In this document: one piece after another, positions 1-10,174 of the stretch
Position numbering within the stretch: the first letter of the stretch is position 1
How the letters are laid out: each line of letters begins with the position of its first letter
DNA from: an uncultured candidate division WWE3 bacterium
GTDB taxonomy: Bacteria; Patescibacteriota; WWE3; UBA101185; UBA10185
Direction: 5' to 3'
Assembly (NCBI GenBank): GCA_963765125.1
Contig: CAVXUZ010000005.1
Coordinates: forward strand, 33,596-97,595
Length of the DNA: 64,000 nucleotides
Translations under genes and position numbers: made by a program
Notes under the pieces: generated by a model
The model's input: only the letters and a program-made list of their open reading frames with translations
Databases searched by the model: none
Told to the model about the DNA's origin: nothing

Positions 1-149
1 CGACTGGAAAATGGCTTACCCCATCAAAAGATTGGGTTCATAAGGTAGGAATCGAGCCCGATGTGAAGGTTGAAATATCAAAAGAAGATATCGAAGGTGG
101 AATAGACACGCAATTAAACAAAGCTCTCGAACTAGCAAAAGAAATTTAG
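1..149 (+). CDS. C-terminal fragment of S41 family carboxyl-terminal protease (partial at window edge)
   Basis: Frame 3 reads TGKWLTPSKDWVHKVGIEPDVKVE...DTQLNKALEL*, the typical CtpA/Prc tail (KWLTP...GIxPD...DxQL). Confidence 0.8.
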   Translation, partial: TGKWLTPSKDWVHKVGIEPDVKVEISKEDIEGGIDTQLNKALELAKEI

Positions 150-221
150 ATTGCTGTATAATACTATCGAATTTAAGTAATTTCTCAGTTTCGGTAATTA
201 ACATTTAAACATTCACTAATT

Positions 222-1400
222 ATGAAAAACATTAAATTTACAAGAACACTATTTTTTATCATCTGGTTAGTATTTATAGTCGGTGTATTGTACTTCTCGT
301 TTTCTTTAGTAGATAAATCCGGTCTTGGTAAAAGCGACAATAAACCACAATCCTCACAGAATAAAAATATTATTGAAAAGTTTTTGAGTGGAGATCTATT
401 CAAAAAAAACAGATACGCAGAACTTAAAAAGATCACAAACGGTGGTGTTATAGAAGAAGAATCAGCCACGATCGACGCTGTCGAAAGCGTGTCGCCTGCC
501 GTTGTGTCTATAGTAGTAAAAACAATCGAATTTGATTTTTTTAATGGGCCTTCGCAAAACGAATCGGGGATTGGTACAGGTTTTATTGTTAGCCCCAACG
601 GATTAATTGTTACAAACAGCCATGTCGTAAACAATACAAGAGGGGAGTACTCAGTGGTTTTGAAAAATGGTGAAACTTACAATGTCGAAAAAATTCATTT
701 AGATACAATATCTGACTTAGCAATCCTTGAAATTACTGCACGTGATCTTCCAGTTGTTGAGCTTGGTGATTCAGACACGTTGAAAGTAGGCCAAAAAGCT
801 ATTGCGATCGGCAACGCTTTAGGTCGATACCAAAACACAGTTACCATGGGTGTTATTTCTGGTGTAGGAAGAGAATTTTATGCTTCAGCCGGATTCGGGA
901 GTAGGGGAACGTTGCAAGAAAACGCCATACAAACTGACGCCGCGTTAAACCCAGGAAATTCAGGCGGACCTTTGCTTAATCTTGCAGGTCAGGTTGTTGG
1001 GATTAATGTGGCAACGACAATTGGTGCTGATAACATAAGTTTTGCAGTTCCAGTAAATACGTTAAAACCACTGCTTGAAATATTCGAAAAAGAAGGAAGA
1101 ATCATCAGACCATACCTAGGTATAACTTATACGGCTATTACAAAGGAGCTAGCAGCTCTCAGGCGCTTACCAGAAGGCGCTTTTATCTCAAGAGTCATAC
1201 CAGAGTCTCCTGCAGAAAAGGCTGGCTTGAAAAGAGGAGATATTATAGTGAAATTTGATGGAAATGATGTTAATTCAGAGTATTTGCTCTCGCGTGAAAT
1301 TGCTAAAAGAAAAGTTGGAGATAGGGTAGAGATTGTAGTTGATCGTAGTGGCCAACAAGAAACAATGCAGGTTACTCTTGATGAGGCGCCTGAAAACTAG
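222..1400 (+). CDS. htrA: HtrA/DegP-like serine protease with one PDZ domain and N-terminal TM anchor
   Basis: GTGF, TNSHVV, DLA, QTDAALNPGNSGGPL catalytic motifs; C-terminal PDZ (SPAEKAGLKRGDII). Confidence 0.95.
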   Translation: MKNIKFTRTLFFIIWLVFIVGVLYFSFSLVDKSGLGKSDNKPQSSQNKNIIEKFLSGDLFKKNRYAELKKITNGGVIEEESATIDAVESVSPAVVSIVVKTIEFDFFNGPSQNESGIGTGFIVSPNGLIVTNSHVVNNTRGEYSVVLKNGETYNVEKIHLDTISDLAILEITARDLPVVELGDSDTLKVGQKAIAIGNALGRYQNTVTMGVISGVGREFYASAGFGSRGTLQENAIQTDAALNPGNSGGPLLNLAGQVVGINVATTIGADNISFAVPVNTLKPLLEIFEKEGRIIRPYLGITYTAITKELAALRRLPEGAFISRVIPESPAEKAGLKRGDIIVKFDGNDVNSEYLLSREIAKRKVGDRVEIVVDRSGQQETMQVTLDEAPEN

Positions 1401-2325
1401 TCAAAATATCATCTATTTCGCCGTTCATAATTGCAGCTAAATTGTGCCACGACAGCTTAAGTCTGTGGTCGGTAATTCTGTCTTGAGGAAAATTGTAAGT
1501 TCGTATTTTTTCTGAACGATCTCCTGAACCTACTTGTGCGGTTCTTAGACCAGATAGGTTTTTTACTTGCTGTTCTTGCATTGCTGTGTAAAGGCGTGAC
1601 TGTAAAATACCTAAAGCTTTCTCTCTATTTTTACCCTGTGTTCGTTCTTCTTGGCATTCGACTACCACTTGTGTTGGAACGTGGGTGAGCCTAACGGCAG
1701 TAGAAACTTTGTTTACATTTTGTCCACCCTTACCACCTGAACGAAAAAAATCCCATTGTAAATCTTCAGGTCTGATTTCAAAGTCGACGTGTTTAATGTG
1801 TGGGAGTACAGCAACCGTTGCTGTGGATGTGTGTATTCTGCCTCCAGACTCAGTAACAGGTACTCTTTGTACTCTATGTACCCCAGATTCATTTTGAAGA
1901 AGTTTAAATATTCCACGACCTTTTATTTCAGCAGTTACTGTTTTTATTCCACCAGAAATGTTTTCAGACCTAAAATATTCTTCAACTCTGTAACCCTTAA
2001 CCTCTGCGTAGCGTAAATACATTCTGTAAAGATCACCAGCAAAAAGACCAGCCTCGTCGCCTCCTGTTCCAGCACGAATTTCGATAATCGCTAAATTTGG
2101 GTCAATTACTGCACCATCATCACTTTGGTCTGATGCAGTCTCGTCAAAATTTGTGTCTAGAGAATTAAGCGATTTTTCAAGGTCTGAGATTTGAGATTTA
2201 ATCTTTTCTATCTCTTCTTTGGCAAGTTGTGACATTTCTGGGTCTTGTAAAAGCTGGTTATTTTCTTGAAGCGCGGTATTAAGCTTTTCAATCTCTGAAG
2301 TGATGCTTTGTTTTACGTAATCCAT
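1372..2325 (-). CDS. prfA: Peptide chain release factor 1
   Basis: GGQ motif (SGGKGGQNVNK), PxT tripeptide (VPVTE), EIRAGTGGDEA. Confidence 0.95.
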   Translation of the reverse strand: MDYVKQSITSEIEKLNTALQENNQLLQDPEMSQLAKEEIEKIKSQISDLEKSLNSLDTNFDETASDQSDDGAVIDPNLAIIEIRAGTGGDEAGLFAGDLYRMYLRYAEVKGYRVEEYFRSENISGGIKTVTAEIKGRGIFKLLQNESGVHRVQRVPVTESGGRIHTSTATVAVLPHIKHVDFEIRPEDLQWDFFRSGGKGGQNVNKVSTAVRLTHVPTQVVVECQEERTQGKNREKALGILQSRLYTAMQEQQVKNLSGLRTAQVGSGDRSEKIRTYNFPQDRITDHRLKLSWHNLAAIMNGEIDDILTSFQAPHQE

Positions 2326-2375
2326 ACAAAATAATCTTAACCTTTAAAGAGAATAAAATAAAATAATGGAATAAT

Positions 2376-2711
2376 CTAAGCAGTTTGATTTCTTGCTTGT
2401 TCTAGGAGATCTTTGAGTGTGGGTTGGCCACTTGCTGCTTTTTCTACTGTTTTAGTAGCTCTTGAGTCTTTTGCTTTTTTAATATCTTGCGCAGCTTGTT
2501 TCTTTTCGGTAGCGATTTTTTGCTTTTTGATGAATTTGTCAATTCTTCCTTCAGTATCGACAAACTTTTGTTGACCAGTGTAGAAAGGATGACACGCACT
2601 GCAGATTTCGACCGAAATCGTGTCTTTTGTTGAAAACGTGGTGAATTTATTACCACAAGCGCAGGTAACAACGGCCTCTTTATTTACTTTTGGGTGAATT
2701 CCATCTTTCAT
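2376..2711 (-). CDS. rpmE: 50S ribosomal protein L31 (Zn-binding type, C-terminal extension)
   Basis: MKDGIHP...CACG...[10 protein letters not shown]...GRIDKF. Confidence 0.95.
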   Translation of the reverse strand: MKDGIHPKVNKEAVVTCACGNKFTTFSTKDTISVEICSACHPFYTGQQKFVDTEGRIDKFIKKQKIATEKKQAAQDIKKAKDSRATKTVEKAASGQPTLKDLLEQARNQTA

Positions 2712-2727
2712 AACGTAGAGGAGTATA

Positions 2728-3717
2728 TCAACTTTTTTTTATTTCAGCAATCACTACGCCAATTGCAATCAGCGCACCGCCAGTGAGCATATACGCGTTT
2801 GGTACCTCCCCTAAGATGGCGTAGGCAAATGGAAAGGTCATAAGCGGGCTTAAATAGCTCAAAATCGCGGTATCTTTGACTTCTACCTCTTTTAAACTCC
2901 ACTCAAAAAGGGTGTAAGCGATAATCGATGAAAAAATTGCCATAAAGAGTATTCCTAGAATTGGAGTGAGGGTTAAAGCTTGGAAGTTAAAATAGAAGTC
3001 ACCAAAAAAACCTGTACTTTCAATTATCGCCATAGGAATGAACGTAGCCAGACCTATGTAAAAAGAAATGACCGAAACAAAGATAGTAGGGTACTTATGG
3101 TGCATAGGTTTCATATGGATTAAGCCGAGGGTTCTTTTAATTTCTTTGGTACTTTGCCCATCAATAATTTTTGACCAAATTACATAGAGTAGGAATGAAA
3201 GACTACTTAATGCAATGAGAATATTTCCAACAAGTCTTAATTCGGTTGTTGTAGAAAACTCAGATGGGTTCATTAGAGGTTCGAGTGTCACAAAGACGGT
3301 TCCAAGAGTTGCGAGCCATAGCCCAGCTTTGACGTGCCAATCAATTTTTTCATGGTAAAAGTAATGACCAGCTAGTACTGAAAGTATAGGTCCAAGAAGT
3401 GAAATAATTACGCCATCCATGGCTGTTGTAAACCTAAGACCAAAAAATATTAAAACGAGACTGCTTTGCGATGCTACGCCTAGAATAATAATTTTGATTA
3501 AATCATCTTTGTAAATCGGTATGCGTCTCAGCATAGTAATCGTATATGGGAGAAGAATAACGCAAACAATCGTCAACCTAAAAAGTAAAAACGTCATAGG
3601 AGGTACGGTATCTAGCGTTATTTTAATGATTGGTGTAGCCGCAGCCCAAATAAACGTTGAAAAAAGAACTGCAAGAAGGTAGGGGACTTTTTTAGATTTG
3701 GGCAGTCTATAATTCAT
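2728..3717 (-). CDS. DMT/EamA family transporter
   Basis: About 10 TM helices in two EamA-like repeats (P...LFRL; LSP...GE...GG.LI..G). Confidence 0.85.
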   Translation of the reverse strand: MNYRLPKSKKVPYLLAVLFSTFIWAAATPIIKITLDTVPPMTFLLFRLTIVCVILLPYTITMLRRIPIYKDDLIKIIILGVASQSSLVLIFFGLRFTTAMDGVIISLLGPILSVLAGHYFYHEKIDWHVKAGLWLATLGTVFVTLEPLMNPSEFSTTTELRLVGNILIALSSLSFLLYVIWSKIIDGQSTKEIKRTLGLIHMKPMHHKYPTIFVSVISFYIGLATFIPMAIIESTGFFGDFYFNFQALTLTPILGILFMAIFSSIIAYTLFEWSLKEVEVKDTAILSYLSPLMTFPFAYAILGEVPNAYMLTGGALIAIGVVIAEIKKS

Positions 3718-3795
3718 CTTTTTAATAATAGCTTAAAATGGTGTTTGTCTAAAGCGTGAAATGTTTAAAGGTCGAATTGCTAATCTTAAGATTTT

Positions 3796-3828
3796 AGGGC
3801 AAGAATAATAATTTATTATTCTTGCCCT
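3796..3828 (-). terminator. Perfect 14-bp hairpin downstream of small Zn-finger ORF
   Basis: AGGGCAAGAATAAT / ATTATTCTTGCCCT inverted repeat. Confidence 0.6.
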
Positions 3829-3858
3829 TACGCACCCACTTAGGTTTAGCCATTAACA

Positions 3859-4020
3859 TTAACAGGTCGCTTTATCGTGAGGGCTTACTGCAATGCTAGT
3901 CTTTGTACGTGACTTTCTTTTAAGCTTTTTAATGTATTTTTGATAAGCAAGGCAATCTTTTAGATGATACTCGCCATCAAAATACGTAAAACCACAAAAA
4001 ATACACGTTATTTTGTTCAT
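3859..4020 (-). CDS. 53-aa putative C2HC zinc-binding microprotein (below the ORF track cutoff)
   Basis: MNKITCIFCGFTYFDGEYHLKDCLAYQKYIKKLKRKSRTK...; SD AAGGAG upstream; hairpin downstream. Confidence 0.6.
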   Translation of the reverse strand: MNKITCIFCGFTYFDGEYHLKDCLAYQKYIKKLKRKSRTKTSIAVSPHDKATC

Positions 4021-4070
4021 ACCGCATCTCCTTTTTACAGGCTGTATTATTGAGTTTTAATTGGAATTTA

Positions 4071-4096
4071 AAAAAACTCGGAGCCTGACTCCGAGC
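4071..4096 (-). terminator. Intrinsic terminator
   Basis: Minus strand CTCGGAGTCAGGCTCCGAG followed by a T tract. Confidence 0.7.
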
Positions 4097-4209
4097 ATTT
4101 AAAGGACAAATCTAAATACACAAGGTCAAGCACCAAATATTTGGCATCTAAAGTGCCAAACGCAGTGATAATAATTTGTGTATTTTTTCATGTTAGTCAT
4201 GATGTTGTG

Positions 4210-4239
4210 ATTATAGAAGCCTGTGAGCCATTAGGTCAA
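4210..4239 (-). promoter_or_regulatory. Sigma70-type promoter
   Basis: Minus strand TTGACC-N18-TATAAT. Confidence 0.55.
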
Positions 4240-4294
4240 GCCCTAAAATCAACTCAGAAATCCACTACTATTCGTGAATGATCTTTGTTAATAT

Positions 4295-4957
4295 ATGCCT
4301 ATGGAAATTACGTTAATTGGTCATTCTTGCTTTAAAATTAAGGGAAAAAGCCTTAGTATCGTTATAGATCCTTATAACCCAGATACAGTTGGCTATAAAA
4401 TGCCAAAAGTTTCAGCGGACGTTGTTTTATTAACGCACGATCGCGATGATCAAAAAAGCTTAGAAGCCGTAACCGATTATAAGTTTGTAATAAATAGCGC
4501 TGGCGAATATGAGATATCAGACACATTTGTTTACGGTATGAAAACTTTTCACGATGACGCTAAAGGTGCAGAGAGAGGGGAGAACATCATCTACCAAATT
4601 CTAATGGATGATTTTAGTATTTTACATTTGGGTGACTTGGGGCATGAACTTACACGCGAAACTCTTGAGAAGATTACTAACGTTGATATTCTTATGATTC
4701 CTGTTGGTGGTAGTTACACCATCGACGCAAGAACTGCCTTAAAAGTAATCTCACAAGTTGAACCCTCAATAATCATACCAATGCATTTTCAAACAGAAGA
4801 TTTAAAACTTCCTCAAAAACTTCAAGACGTGAAAGCATTTTTAGAAGAGTACGGTGCAGAAGGAAATGGTCTTAAAGAGGCAGACAAGCTGAGATTTTTG
4901 ACAAGAAATGACATTCCAGAGGAAAGTGAAGTATACTTACTGAGCCCCCAACATTAA
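4295..4957 (+). CDS. MBL-fold metallo-hydrolase (UPF0173-like)
   Basis: GHSCF, IVIDP, LLTH, FHDD, HLGDLG, IPVGG, IPMH motifs; the HxHxDH motif is degenerate (THDRDDQ). Confidence 0.85.
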   Translation: MPMEITLIGHSCFKIKGKSLSIVIDPYNPDTVGYKMPKVSADVVLLTHDRDDQKSLEAVTDYKFVINSAGEYEISDTFVYGMKTFHDDAKGAERGENIIYQILMDDFSILHLGDLGHELTRETLEKITNVDILMIPVGGSYTIDARTALKVISQVEPSIIIPMHFQTEDLKLPQKLQDVKAFLEEYGAEGNGLKEADKLRFLTRNDIPEESEVYLLSPQH

Positions 4958-4972
4958 CCTGCTCATTGAACT

Positions 4973-6316
4973 ATGGCACAAGATAATACGACAAATATTA
5001 AATCGCACGTACCGCCGCACGATCTTGAGGCAGAAAAATCTGTTCTCGGCGCTCTTTTAATCGATAAAGACGCAATTGTTAAGGTTGTTGAGTTTTTAAG
5101 ACCAAGCCACTTCTATAAATCAGCACATGAAAAAATCTATGACGCAATAATTAATCTTTACGAAAAACGAGAACCCGCAGATTTAATAACTGTTCCTGGA
5201 GAATTACGAAAGATGAAGGAGTTAGAAAATACCGGGGGAGTAACTTACCTTACGGAGCTAGTGAATAGTGTTCCGACTGCAGCAAATGTTGAGCATTACG
5301 CACAGATTATAAGAGACGAGGCAATTAAACGTCTCCTGCTCTCATCTGCAGCAAGAATTGGTGAAATGGTTTTTGAAGAACCTGATATTGATAGGTTATT
5401 AGACGAGTCTGAACAACTACTTTACTCTGTCTCTAAAGACAAGGTTCACCAAGATTTTATACCTATAAAAGAAACTTTAGAGGTTACTTTTGAGAGACTC
5501 GACGAGTTATCTAAGACTAAAGGTGCGTTGAGGGGTGTTCCCACCGGAATAAAATCTCTAGATAGAATGCTATCTGGTCTACAAGACGAGGACCTCATTA
5601 TTTTAGCCGCAAGACCCTCCGTAGGAAAATCATCTTTAGCAATAAACATAGCACAACACGCAGCCGTTAATCACGGCATAGGCGTAGCAATATTCTCATT
5701 AGAGATGGGAAGAGAGTCGATAGTAGACAGAATGATTTCATCACAGGGGGATATAGATAACTGGCGTATTACCACAGGAAACCTAGAAGCAGAGGATTTT
5801 GAAAAATACGGAATAGCAGCAGGTGAGCTCGCAGACGCGCCGATCTCAATTGACGATACTCCTGGACAAAGTGTTTTAGAAATGAGAACAAAGGCAAGAA
5901 GATTGATGTTAGACCAGAATATTGGGCTTATCGTAGTCGATTACTTGCAGTTGGTTAAAGGTAGACGACAAGAGAGCAGAGTACAGGAGGTTTCTGATAT
6001 TTCGCAATCACTAAAAAACCTAGCAAGAGAGCTTAAAGTCCCTGTGTTGGCACTCTCCCAGCTATCGCGTGCAGTTGAGCAACGTGGTGGTGATAAACGA
6101 CCGCAATTATCTGACTTACGCGATTCGGGTTCTATCGAACAAGATGCAGACATTGTGTTGTTTTTGTATAGACCAGACGATGAAGACCGTGAAAACGGCA
6201 AATTAATTATTGCAAAGCACAGAAACGGTCCCACTGGCGAAATAGACCTTTACTTCAGGCCCGATCGAACTAAGTTCTTTGAAGTCTCAAAAGCAGAAAA
6301 CCAGCAAGAATCCTAG
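4973..6316 (+). CDS. dnaB: Replicative DNA helicase DnaB
   Basis: PPHDLEAEKSVLG, Walker A AARPSVGKS, VDYLQL, LSQLSR, DLRDSGSIEQDAD, KHRNGPTG. Confidence 0.98.
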   Translation: MAQDNTTNIKSHVPPHDLEAEKSVLGALLIDKDAIVKVVEFLRPSHFYKSAHEKIYDAIINLYEKREPADLITVPGELRKMKELENTGGVTYLTELVNSVPTAANVEHYAQIIRDEAIKRLLLSSAARIGEMVFEEPDIDRLLDESEQLLYSVSKDKVHQDFIPIKETLEVTFERLDELSKTKGALRGVPTGIKSLDRMLSGLQDEDLIILAARPSVGKSSLAINIAQHAAVNHGIGVAIFSLEMGRESIVDRMISSQGDIDNWRITTGNLEAEDFEKYGIAAGELADAPISIDDTPGQSVLEMRTKARRLMLDQNIGLIVVDYLQLVKGRRQESRVQEVSDISQSLKNLARELKVPVLALSQLSRAVEQRGGDKRPQLSDLRDSGSIEQDADIVLFLYRPDDEDRENGKLIIAKHRNGPTGEIDLYFRPDRTKFFEVSKAENQQES

Positions 6317-6376
6317 TATTTTAATGATTTCCGTAATTTAATTGTGGTAAAATTCACACTATATTTGTAAAGTTTT

Positions 6377-6463
6377 GCCGTGGTGGCGGAATGGTATACG
6401 CGGTGGTCTCAAAAACCACTGGGCCTTAAGCCTGTGTGGGTTCGACTCCCACTCACGGCACCA
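6377..6463 (+). tRNA. tRNA-Leu(CAA)
   Basis: Acceptor GCCGTGG/TCACGGC+A+CCA, D-loop GG, anticodon arm GTGGT-CTCAAAA-ACCAC, long variable arm, TTCGA T-loop. Confidence 0.95.
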
Positions 6464-6468
6464 ACAGG

Positions 6469-7188
6469 GTGCTTGAAATAAAATTACCAAATAGTGCAGT
6501 AAAATACATTTTGTATCAAAGAACGGGCTATCATTTAAACGAACCCTTTTTTTCGCTTCTCACGTATTTTGGAGCTTTAAGCTTCTCACACCTCTACAAA
6601 CTTAGCGTCGAACTAAAAAGTATTTTTTACAGCAGTCAGGTTAAGTCCGCGTTTGTAAAAGATATGAACGGTGAAATTTCGTTAATTAAAAAATATCTTC
6701 CAAAAACTATCGATTCGATCCTAGATATTGGTTGTGGTGTAGCAGGAATTGACGTCATGATAAGTAATTATTATAAAAATAAAATTAACGTTTACTTGTT
6801 AGATAAGACACTCGTTGACAAAAAAGTATTTTATAAGTTCGAAAAGAGAGCATCGTTTTACAACTCGCTTGATTTAGCAAGAAAAATATTAGAAATTAAC
6901 GGGGTCGCAAGCGCAAGCATCCACACTCAAGAAGCTACTGCAAATAATAAAATTAAATTTAAGACAAATTTCGACCTAATTATTTCTTTAATTTCTTGGG
7001 GGTTTCATTACCCAGTCGAGATTTATCTAAATGAGGCATACGCAAAATTAAAAAAGGGTGGCGTACTAATAATTGATATAAGAAAAGACACGGGTGGCGT
7101 TGAATTAGTCAAAAAGAAATTCGGAAACCTTGATGTAATAAAGGAATTTAGTAAGTTTGTTAGAATAAGATCAGTTAAGAAATTTTAG
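6469..7188 (+). CDS. Class I SAM-dependent methyltransferase
   Basis: ILDIGCGVAG motif I, FDLIISLISWGFH, LKKGGVLII; start moved to GTG 6469 because the track start overlaps the tRNA. Confidence 0.8.
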   Translation: MLEIKLPNSAVKYILYQRTGYHLNEPFFSLLTYFGALSFSHLYKLSVELKSIFYSSQVKSAFVKDMNGEISLIKKYLPKTIDSILDIGCGVAGIDVMISNYYKNKINVYLLDKTLVDKKVFYKFEKRASFYNSLDLARKILEINGVASASIHTQEATANNKIKFKTNFDLIISLISWGFHYPVEIYLNEAYAKLKKGGVLIIDIRKDTGGVELVKKKFGNLDVIKEFSKFVRIRSVKKF

Positions 7189-7222
7189 TTAAAACTGATA
7201 CTTTTGGTATAATACGAGCGCT

Positions 7223-7774
7223 ATGCTAGCTTCTGAATTAAAAACAGGTTCAATATTTAAAGACGAGGGGTACCCATTTTTGGTTGAAAAATATGAGCAT
7301 ACAAAAACCGCTAGGGGAGGCGCAACAGTTAAGGTTAAGGCAAGAAATTTGCTAACGGACCAAGTGCTAGAAAAACGATACCAATCGACGTCAAGAGTTG
7401 AAGACGCTGATGTGATGAGAAAAAACGCGCAGTATCTCTATGAAGATAACGGTTACCATTTTATGGACCCCGACACTTACGAGCAGTTTATGATGACTAA
7501 GGATAGGGTTGGTGATAGCACTAAATTTTTACTTTCCGGAGAAAACGCGCAAATAATGTACTTTGAAGGTAATCCGGTATCTTTGGAATTACCAAATACG
7601 ATGATCTTTGAGGTAGCAGAAACTACACCGGGTTTTAAAGGAAACACTGTGTCCAGTGTATTTAAAGACGCCACACTCAACAACGGCGCTGTAGTAAAAG
7701 TTCCAACATTTATTAAATCAGGTGAAAAGATTAAAATGAATACAAGAACTGGCGAGTATGTTTCAAAAGCATAG
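7223..7774 (+). CDS. efp: Elongation factor P
   Basis: KTARGGA loop, FMDPDTYEQ, PGFKGNT, VPTFI...TRTGEYVSK. Confidence 0.95.
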   Translation: MLASELKTGSIFKDEGYPFLVEKYEHTKTARGGATVKVKARNLLTDQVLEKRYQSTSRVEDADVMRKNAQYLYEDNGYHFMDPDTYEQFMMTKDRVGDSTKFLLSGENAQIMYFEGNPVSLELPNTMIFEVAETTPGFKGNTVSSVFKDATLNNGAVVKVPTFIKSGEKIKMNTRTGEYVSKA

Positions 7775-7789
7775 TAGTTCACAACGGTT

Positions 7790-8776
7790 ATGACATTACC
7801 GCAAAATATAAATCTTGGTTTTTTGAGTTTTCCAACTATTTATTTTGTAATAGCACTAGTTGTTCTTGTCGTTATCTTTTTTGTGTGGCATGAAGCAACA
7901 AAAGATGGTTTTGATAACGAAAAGGTTTTTGACTTGCTGTTTTCTCTACTAGGACTTTCTTTTGGAGGCACAATAATATTTAATTATTACGCCCCATACA
8001 GGCTTTTTCTAAGAGGCCATAAGGAAGAAATGCTGATTGTTGGATTTACCCTTATTTCGATTTTAATTATTAAGATTGTAAGCAAGGTTTGGAAATGGTC
8101 AGTGTACAGACTACTAGACATATTTTCATTATTACTCTTCAGTTTTTTTGGCTATAAATACATACAAATTTTATTAGTAGATTTAAACCACGTGAGATTA
8201 ATTGCATTAATCTTATACGTTATTGCTTACTTTACCCTTTTTATACGCAGAAGTAAGATGCTGTCAGGTTTACTATTTTCATTGTTTTTGTTGATGACAT
8301 CAATCGTGGGGCAGTTTTTTTATTCAGAAAAACTTTATTTGATATTTTACTTCTTATTGATTACAATCAGTATGGCTGTACTTGTATTTAGAACAAAAAG
8401 AAACATGACAAATAATAAAATCAGTTTAGACTTCATTCAAAAAATTAAAGACTTTCTGAAAAACAAGAGTAAAAGACTTAAATCTGAGCAAAAGAAGTTA
8501 ATCGAAGATGACCCATACCTTCAAGAGGGTAGAGACTCTGGCAATGCAGAGGATATTGACGAGGCAATACTAGAAGATCTTGCGAAAACAGAAATTGAAA
8601 TCAAGAAAAAGAATGTATTAAACATGAGCAAAGAAGTCGATAACGCACTAGATAAGATTGAAGAAGGCAAATACGGACTATGCGAGATTTGCGGTAGCCC
8701 TATTGATAAAGCAAGATTAGAGGCTTACCCAGAAGCAGTTACGTGTCTCGAATGCTCAACAAAAGAAACTCAATAA
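7790..8776 (+). CDS. Degenerate Lgt-like multi-TM protein fused to TraR/DksA C4 zinc-finger domain
   Basis: About 7 TM N-terminal part; C-terminal ALDKIEEGKYGLCEICGSPIDKARLEAYPEAVTCLEC; located just before lspA. Confidence 0.7.
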   Translation: MTLPQNINLGFLSFPTIYFVIALVVLVVIFFVWHEATKDGFDNEKVFDLLFSLLGLSFGGTIIFNYYAPYRLFLRGHKEEMLIVGFTLISILIIKIVSKVWKWSVYRLLDIFSLLLFSFFGYKYIQILLVDLNHVRLIALILYVIAYFTLFIRRSKMLSGLLFSLFLLMTSIVGQFFYSEKLYLIFYFLLITISMAVLVFRTKRNMTNNKISLDFIQKIKDFLKNKSKRLKSEQKKLIEDDPYLQEGRDSGNAEDIDEAILEDLAKTEIEIKKKNVLNMSKEVDNALDKIEEGKYGLCEICGSPIDKARLEAYPEAVTCLECSTKETQ

Positions 8777-8777
8777 A

Positions 8778-9083
8778 GTGTCTACAGTAAACTGTACCTA
8801 TTTATTTTATTCTTTTTTACCATTTAAATATTTTCTCGCTATCTGTGTTCTAGCAGTTTTTGTACTTTTTCTCTATATATTAAAAAAGCGACAAACCACT
8901 CTTTCAGTAGTGGCGTTGACACTTATTACTGCAGGAGGTTTACAGAATTTAGTTGAGAGGGTAGTGTATAATTGTGTCCAAGATCACTTGAATTTTTTTG
9001 GGCTGTTCTCCTTTAATACTGCCGATACGTTAATCACGGCCGGTGTATTTTTATTAATTTGTGATTTATTAAAAAATGAGTAA
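8778..9083 (+). CDS. lspA: Signal peptidase II (short form)
   Basis: GGLQNLVER, V.D, FNTAD catalytic motifs; lspA-rluA context. Confidence 0.75.
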   Translation: MSTVNCTYLFYSFLPFKYFLAICVLAVFVLFLYILKKRQTTLSVVALTLITAGGLQNLVERVVYNCVQDHLNFFGLFSFNTADTLITAGVFLLICDLLKNE

Positions 9084-9453
9084 AAAGATTTTACTAATTG
9101 AAGACGAAACAAATATTCGCACAATGTACGCTGATATTCTTACAGAAGAGGGTTACGAAGTAATACAAGTGGGGGATGGTAAGCAGGGCTATGAGGTGGT
9201 GATGAATTCCGACTGGGACGTACTTTTATTAGACATTATGTTGCCAAGGCTTGATGGCATTGAGCTTCTCAAGCGCATGCGTGTATCACCAGCTAAAAAA
9301 GATAAACCAATAATTATTCTCACTAATTTAGAAGACAGCAGAATAAGAGAGACTTGCCTGAATTTGGGTATTAAAGATTTTCTAGTAAAGTCTAATATTA
9401 CGCCAGATGATGTAGTCTTAGCTGTGAAAAAATATGTCTTCAACAACGAATAA
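9076..9453 (+). CDS. Single-domain response regulator (receiver only)
   Basis: LLIEDE, LLDIMLP (phospho-Asp), ILTN, K; no output domain. Confidence 0.9.
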   Translation: MSKKILLIEDETNIRTMYADILTEEGYEVIQVGDGKQGYEVVMNSDWDVLLLDIMLPRLDGIELLKRMRVSPAKKDKPIIILTNLEDSRIRETCLNLGIKDFLVKSNITPDDVVLAVKKYVFNNE

Positions 9454-10147
9454 ATACCCTGTTATTTTCGAAGACGACGACGTTTTAATAATTGATAAAC
9501 CTACAGGTGTAGTTGTTAACATCTCAGAAACATCACCAGAAAACACAATTCAAAACTTTTTGAATGAATATTTAAAGATTGATTTAAACGCGGACTCGGA
9601 ATATGTAAAAAGATCTGGAGTAGTACACAGACTAGATAAAGACACTTCCGGGTTACTCGCAATCGCAAAAAATGAAAACGCCTTTTTTGCGCTAAAAGAG
9701 CAATTCAAAACGCGAAGTGTGAGTAAGGAGTACATTGCAGTTGTTTACGGGTTATTAGAAGAAAAACTTATTACAGTAAAGGCGCCTCTAGGAAGAGACC
9801 CAAAAAATAGACTTAGAATGGCAGTTATTAAAGACGGTAGATTTGCGCTAACAAACTTTGAGACAGTAGGTAACTACAAGAGCGGAGAGCTTGATATGAC
9901 TGTAGTTATTGCTAAACCTTTAACAGGAAGAACTCACCAAATAAGAGTACATTTATCGGCGTTAAGCCACCCTATAATGGGGGATCCGGTTTATATAGGT
10001 AAAAAAAGATATTTAGCCACTTTCGACATTTTTAAAAGAATGATGCTTCATGCGTGGAAATTATCATTTGATCACCCAGTTACTAAGGAGAGAATATCAT
10101 TAGAGTCGCCATTGCCCGAAGAATTTAGAAGAGTTTATTCAAAATAG
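9434..10147 (+). CDS. RluA/RluD family pseudouridine synthase (no S4 domain)
   Basis: VHRLDKDTSG, TGRTHQIRVH, LHAWKLSF. Confidence 0.92.
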   Translation: MSSTTNKYPVIFEDDDVLIIDKPTGVVVNISETSPENTIQNFLNEYLKIDLNADSEYVKRSGVVHRLDKDTSGLLAIAKNENAFFALKEQFKTRSVSKEYIAVVYGLLEEKLITVKAPLGRDPKNRLRMAVIKDGRFALTNFETVGNYKSGELDMTVVIAKPLTGRTHQIRVHLSALSHPIMGDPVYIGKKRYLATFDIFKRMMLHAWKLSFDHPVTKERISLESPLPEEFRRVYSK

Positions 10148-10174
10148 GAACAAAAGTTGATACAATCAAAATAG

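Noticed and set aside
6377-7188. Genomic island integrated at tRNA-Leu
   Set aside because: No duplicated tRNA 3' end or integrase; only one AT-rich methyltransferase gene before efp.
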